Shown piece after piece: positions 35,841-37,402 of a DNA stretch of 37,402 nucleotides (within the stretch, counting starts at the first letter, position 1; each line of letters starts with the position of its first letter). The notes under the pieces were generated by a model that worked only from the letters and a program-made list of their open reading frames with translations, did no database searches and was not told where the DNA came from. Source of the stretch: a virus. Lineage: Duplodnaviria > Caudoviricetes. The stretch covers positions 1-37,402 of IMG/VR virus record IMGVR_UViG_3300032189_000003. One strand, written 5' to 3'. A program made the translations under genes and the position numbers.

Positions 35841-36527
35841 TCAGCTCGCCCGCTTCACGCCGAGCCGGTCGAGTAGGTAGTGCCAGGCTGCGAAACTGAT
35901 TTTCTGGCGATTCGCGGCAGAGTCCCCGGCTGTGTACTTTCGGAAATTCGTCGCGGACATTCCGAGCAGAGCGGCCGCAGCGGCGCCGCTTACGCCAGTA
36001 AACGACCCCTCGCCGACAACGTGGCGTAGCTCCCAACTGGTCGGCGGTCGCCACTCCTCGGCGTCATGTGTCAGTACCTCGCCAGGGAGGAGCCCTGTGA
36101 TCCATGCAAGTGGAGGGGCGCTGAGTTCGACCGCGAGCGCGGTGTACTCGTTCAGGGTGACAGGGAGCCCGAGCCGTGGTCTGCTGGCGGTCAGGAGCCA
36201 GTATGGGAATCGATCGTCTGGTATGCACCCGGACAACGCTTCTGGCAGTCGGCTCACGGCGACTCGCGCGAGCACTGCGTCACCATCCGAGTTCACCAGT
36301 TCCAGAACATCGGGCGCGTATCGGTCCCGGGCGTCGATGACGAACTCGGCGATGATGTCTGAGAACTCGTCCCTCACTTCCGACGAGGTGTAACTGTCCG
36401 GTAGGGTCTTTATCGCCATTTCCCGGGGCCCGTAGTATAGGGTCCACCGGTGATGCGGCAGGCCCCCGTAATGCAGTCCGCGGGCAGCCGGAGTGATCGA
36501 GAACGGCCCGATATGGATGGCGTTCAT
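35841..36527 (-). CDS. acrIF24: Anti-CRISPR AcrIF24 (Acr-Aca fusion with C-terminal HTH)
   Basis: 228 aa, MNAIHIGPFSITPAARGLHYGG...SGAAAAALLGMSATNFRKYT...FAAWHYLLDRLG recognised from recall; follows acrIF23. Confidence 0.92.
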   Translation of the reverse strand: MNAIHIGPFSITPAARGLHYGGLPHHRWTLYYGPREMAIKTLPDSYTSSEVRDEFSDIIAEFVIDARDRYAPDVLELVNSDGDAVLARVAVSRLPEALSGCIPDDRFPYWLLTASRPRLGLPVTLNEYTALAVELSAPPLAWITGLLPGEVLTHDAEEWRPPTSWELRHVVGEGSFTGVSGAAAAALLGMSATNFRKYTAGDSAANRQKISFAAWHYLLDRLGVKRAS

Positions 36528-37006
36528 CAGAACCCCCAGCGAGCGGTAAGCGCGTTGTACTCAGCAGCGATTTTGGCCACCTTGTCGGCTTGCCCGGCGG
36601 CCTGGGCAGAACGATGCTGGGCAAGCAAGGCCTTCTGCTGCATTACGAATCCGGCGATCTCCTGAGCACTAGCGTTGCGATTTTCGATCCAGAATTTGGC
36701 GGCAGTGAGCAGGCCGCTTGGATCGCAGGCCATTTCCGCCTGGTCTTGATTCATCTGCTGTACCTTCTCGGCGCGGATCTTCTCGGCCCACTCCTTCTGC
36801 CTGGCTGTGCCGGTGAGGGCGCGACCGCCAAAGGCCTTTGCCACGGCGCGAGCGTCTATGCCGCGCGGGCTCAAAGAGGCCCGGCGGGTGTTCGAGGCGT
36901 AGTCGTACGACGGGTCATAGGCGATCCCGGTTTCGAGGTCAATCCACTGCCCTTTCTGCTGGGCGGGAATGTCGGCGCTGTCGAGCCAGGTCTGGAAATT
37001 GGTCAT
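36527..37006 (-). CDS. acrIF23: Anti-CRISPR AcrIF23
   Basis: 159 aa from ATG 37006, MTNFQTWLDSADIP...LTGTARQKEWAEKIR...AAKFWIENR...ARWGF recognised from recall; GGAG RBS. Confidence 0.9.
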   Translation of the reverse strand: MTNFQTWLDSADIPAQQKGQWIDLETGIAYDPSYDYASNTRRASLSPRGIDARAVAKAFGGRALTGTARQKEWAEKIRAEKVQQMNQDQAEMACDPSGLLTAAKFWIENRNASAQEIAGFVMQQKALLAQHRSAQAAGQADKVAKIAAEYNALTARWGF

Positions 37007-37058
37007 TTTGCGTCTCCGAGGAGGTTCAGTGCTGGCGGTGTGCCGCGCTGTTGGTATT

Positions 37059-37087
37059 ACTATATTAGCTCGAATCGAGCTATGCAA
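37059..37087 (-). promoter_or_regulatory. acr promoter with AcrIF24 operator (inverted repeat 37066-37082)
   Basis: TTGCAT-17-TATAGT; perfect IR TAGCTCGA-N-TCGAGCTA fills the spacer. Confidence 0.85.
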
Positions 37088-37138
37088 TGATATTCTGTCG
37101 AGCCGGTACACTGCGGGTTTTCCTACAAGGGGCGCGAC

Positions 37139-37402
37139 ATGCTGGTCATTCGATTCAAGGGCTGGTCGGTGAAACTCGACCACCAGGTGGGCAGCGCTGG
37201 GAAGTTCGGCATCTGGTCGTTCCACGGTTCGGAGAGCAGCTACGTGCCGGACATGGAGACGATTCTCCGGCATGCAGCGATCCGGCCGGCGGAGCCGAAG
37301 GAGGGCGCCGAGGTAGAGGTATTCATCTGTGATTCTCGCATGCCGCAGGATGAATGGCGGCCTGTCGGCAGCGGTGTCGCCGCTTACGAGGCGGAGCGCT
37401 GA
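37139..37402 (+). CDS. Hypothetical protein (87 aa), divergent from acr operon
   Basis: AAGGGG RBS, GC3-rich codons, complete ORF. Confidence 0.7.
   Translation: MLVIRFKGWSVKLDHQVGSAGKFGIWSFHGSESSYVPDMETILRHAAIRPAEPKEGAEVEVFICDSRMPQDEWRPVGSGVAAYEAER

Larger units (their letters stand above)
1..37402. mobile_element. Lambdoid siphovirus prophage (partial; left end, integrase and att not in window), probably Pseudomonas aeruginosa
   Basis: Syntenic run of immunity, replication, Q, lysis, packaging, head and tail genes. Confidence 0.96.

Noticed and set aside
37007-37273. 89-aa N-terminal extension of AcrIF23 in the ORF track
   Set aside because: Crosses the promoter/operator and the divergent gene; ATG 37006 has an RBS and gives the expected 159 aa.
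1-37402. Integrase, att sites, tRNA, IS elements
   Set aside because: None recognised; prophage boundaries cannot be fixed from this window.

Overview
The whole window is a lambdoid, HK97-head siphovirus prophage, most likely of Pseudomonas aeruginosa (GC-rich, PrtR/cI-like repressor, GH19 endolysin, type I-F anti-CRISPRs). No integrase or att site is visible; the left end runs off the window. Gene order: leftward early operon (1-7365), cI/cro switch with five GTTTAG-N4-CTAAAC-type operators, antirepressor, replication genes with iterons, Ref/RusA/Q, lysis, HNH-terS-terL-portal-protease-capsid, tail, then an opposite-strand accessory block (34945-37087). That block is the highlight. It holds acrIF23 and acrIF24 under an inverted-repeat operator, followed immediately by an unannotated non-coding mini-array of two type I-F CRISPR-repeat hairpins. 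The array has a candidate promoter and terminator and is predicted to yield a truncated 46-nt crRNA mimic. Next comes a prophage-encoded FimU/FimT-like minor pilin. Other signals: a 45-bp palindromic element present once in each early operon, LexA-like boxes at the late promoter and before the antirepressor, a structured RNA candidate, a nonsense-interrupted gene, and a -1 tail-chaperone frameshift. Protein identities come from motif recognition and recall, not database searches.
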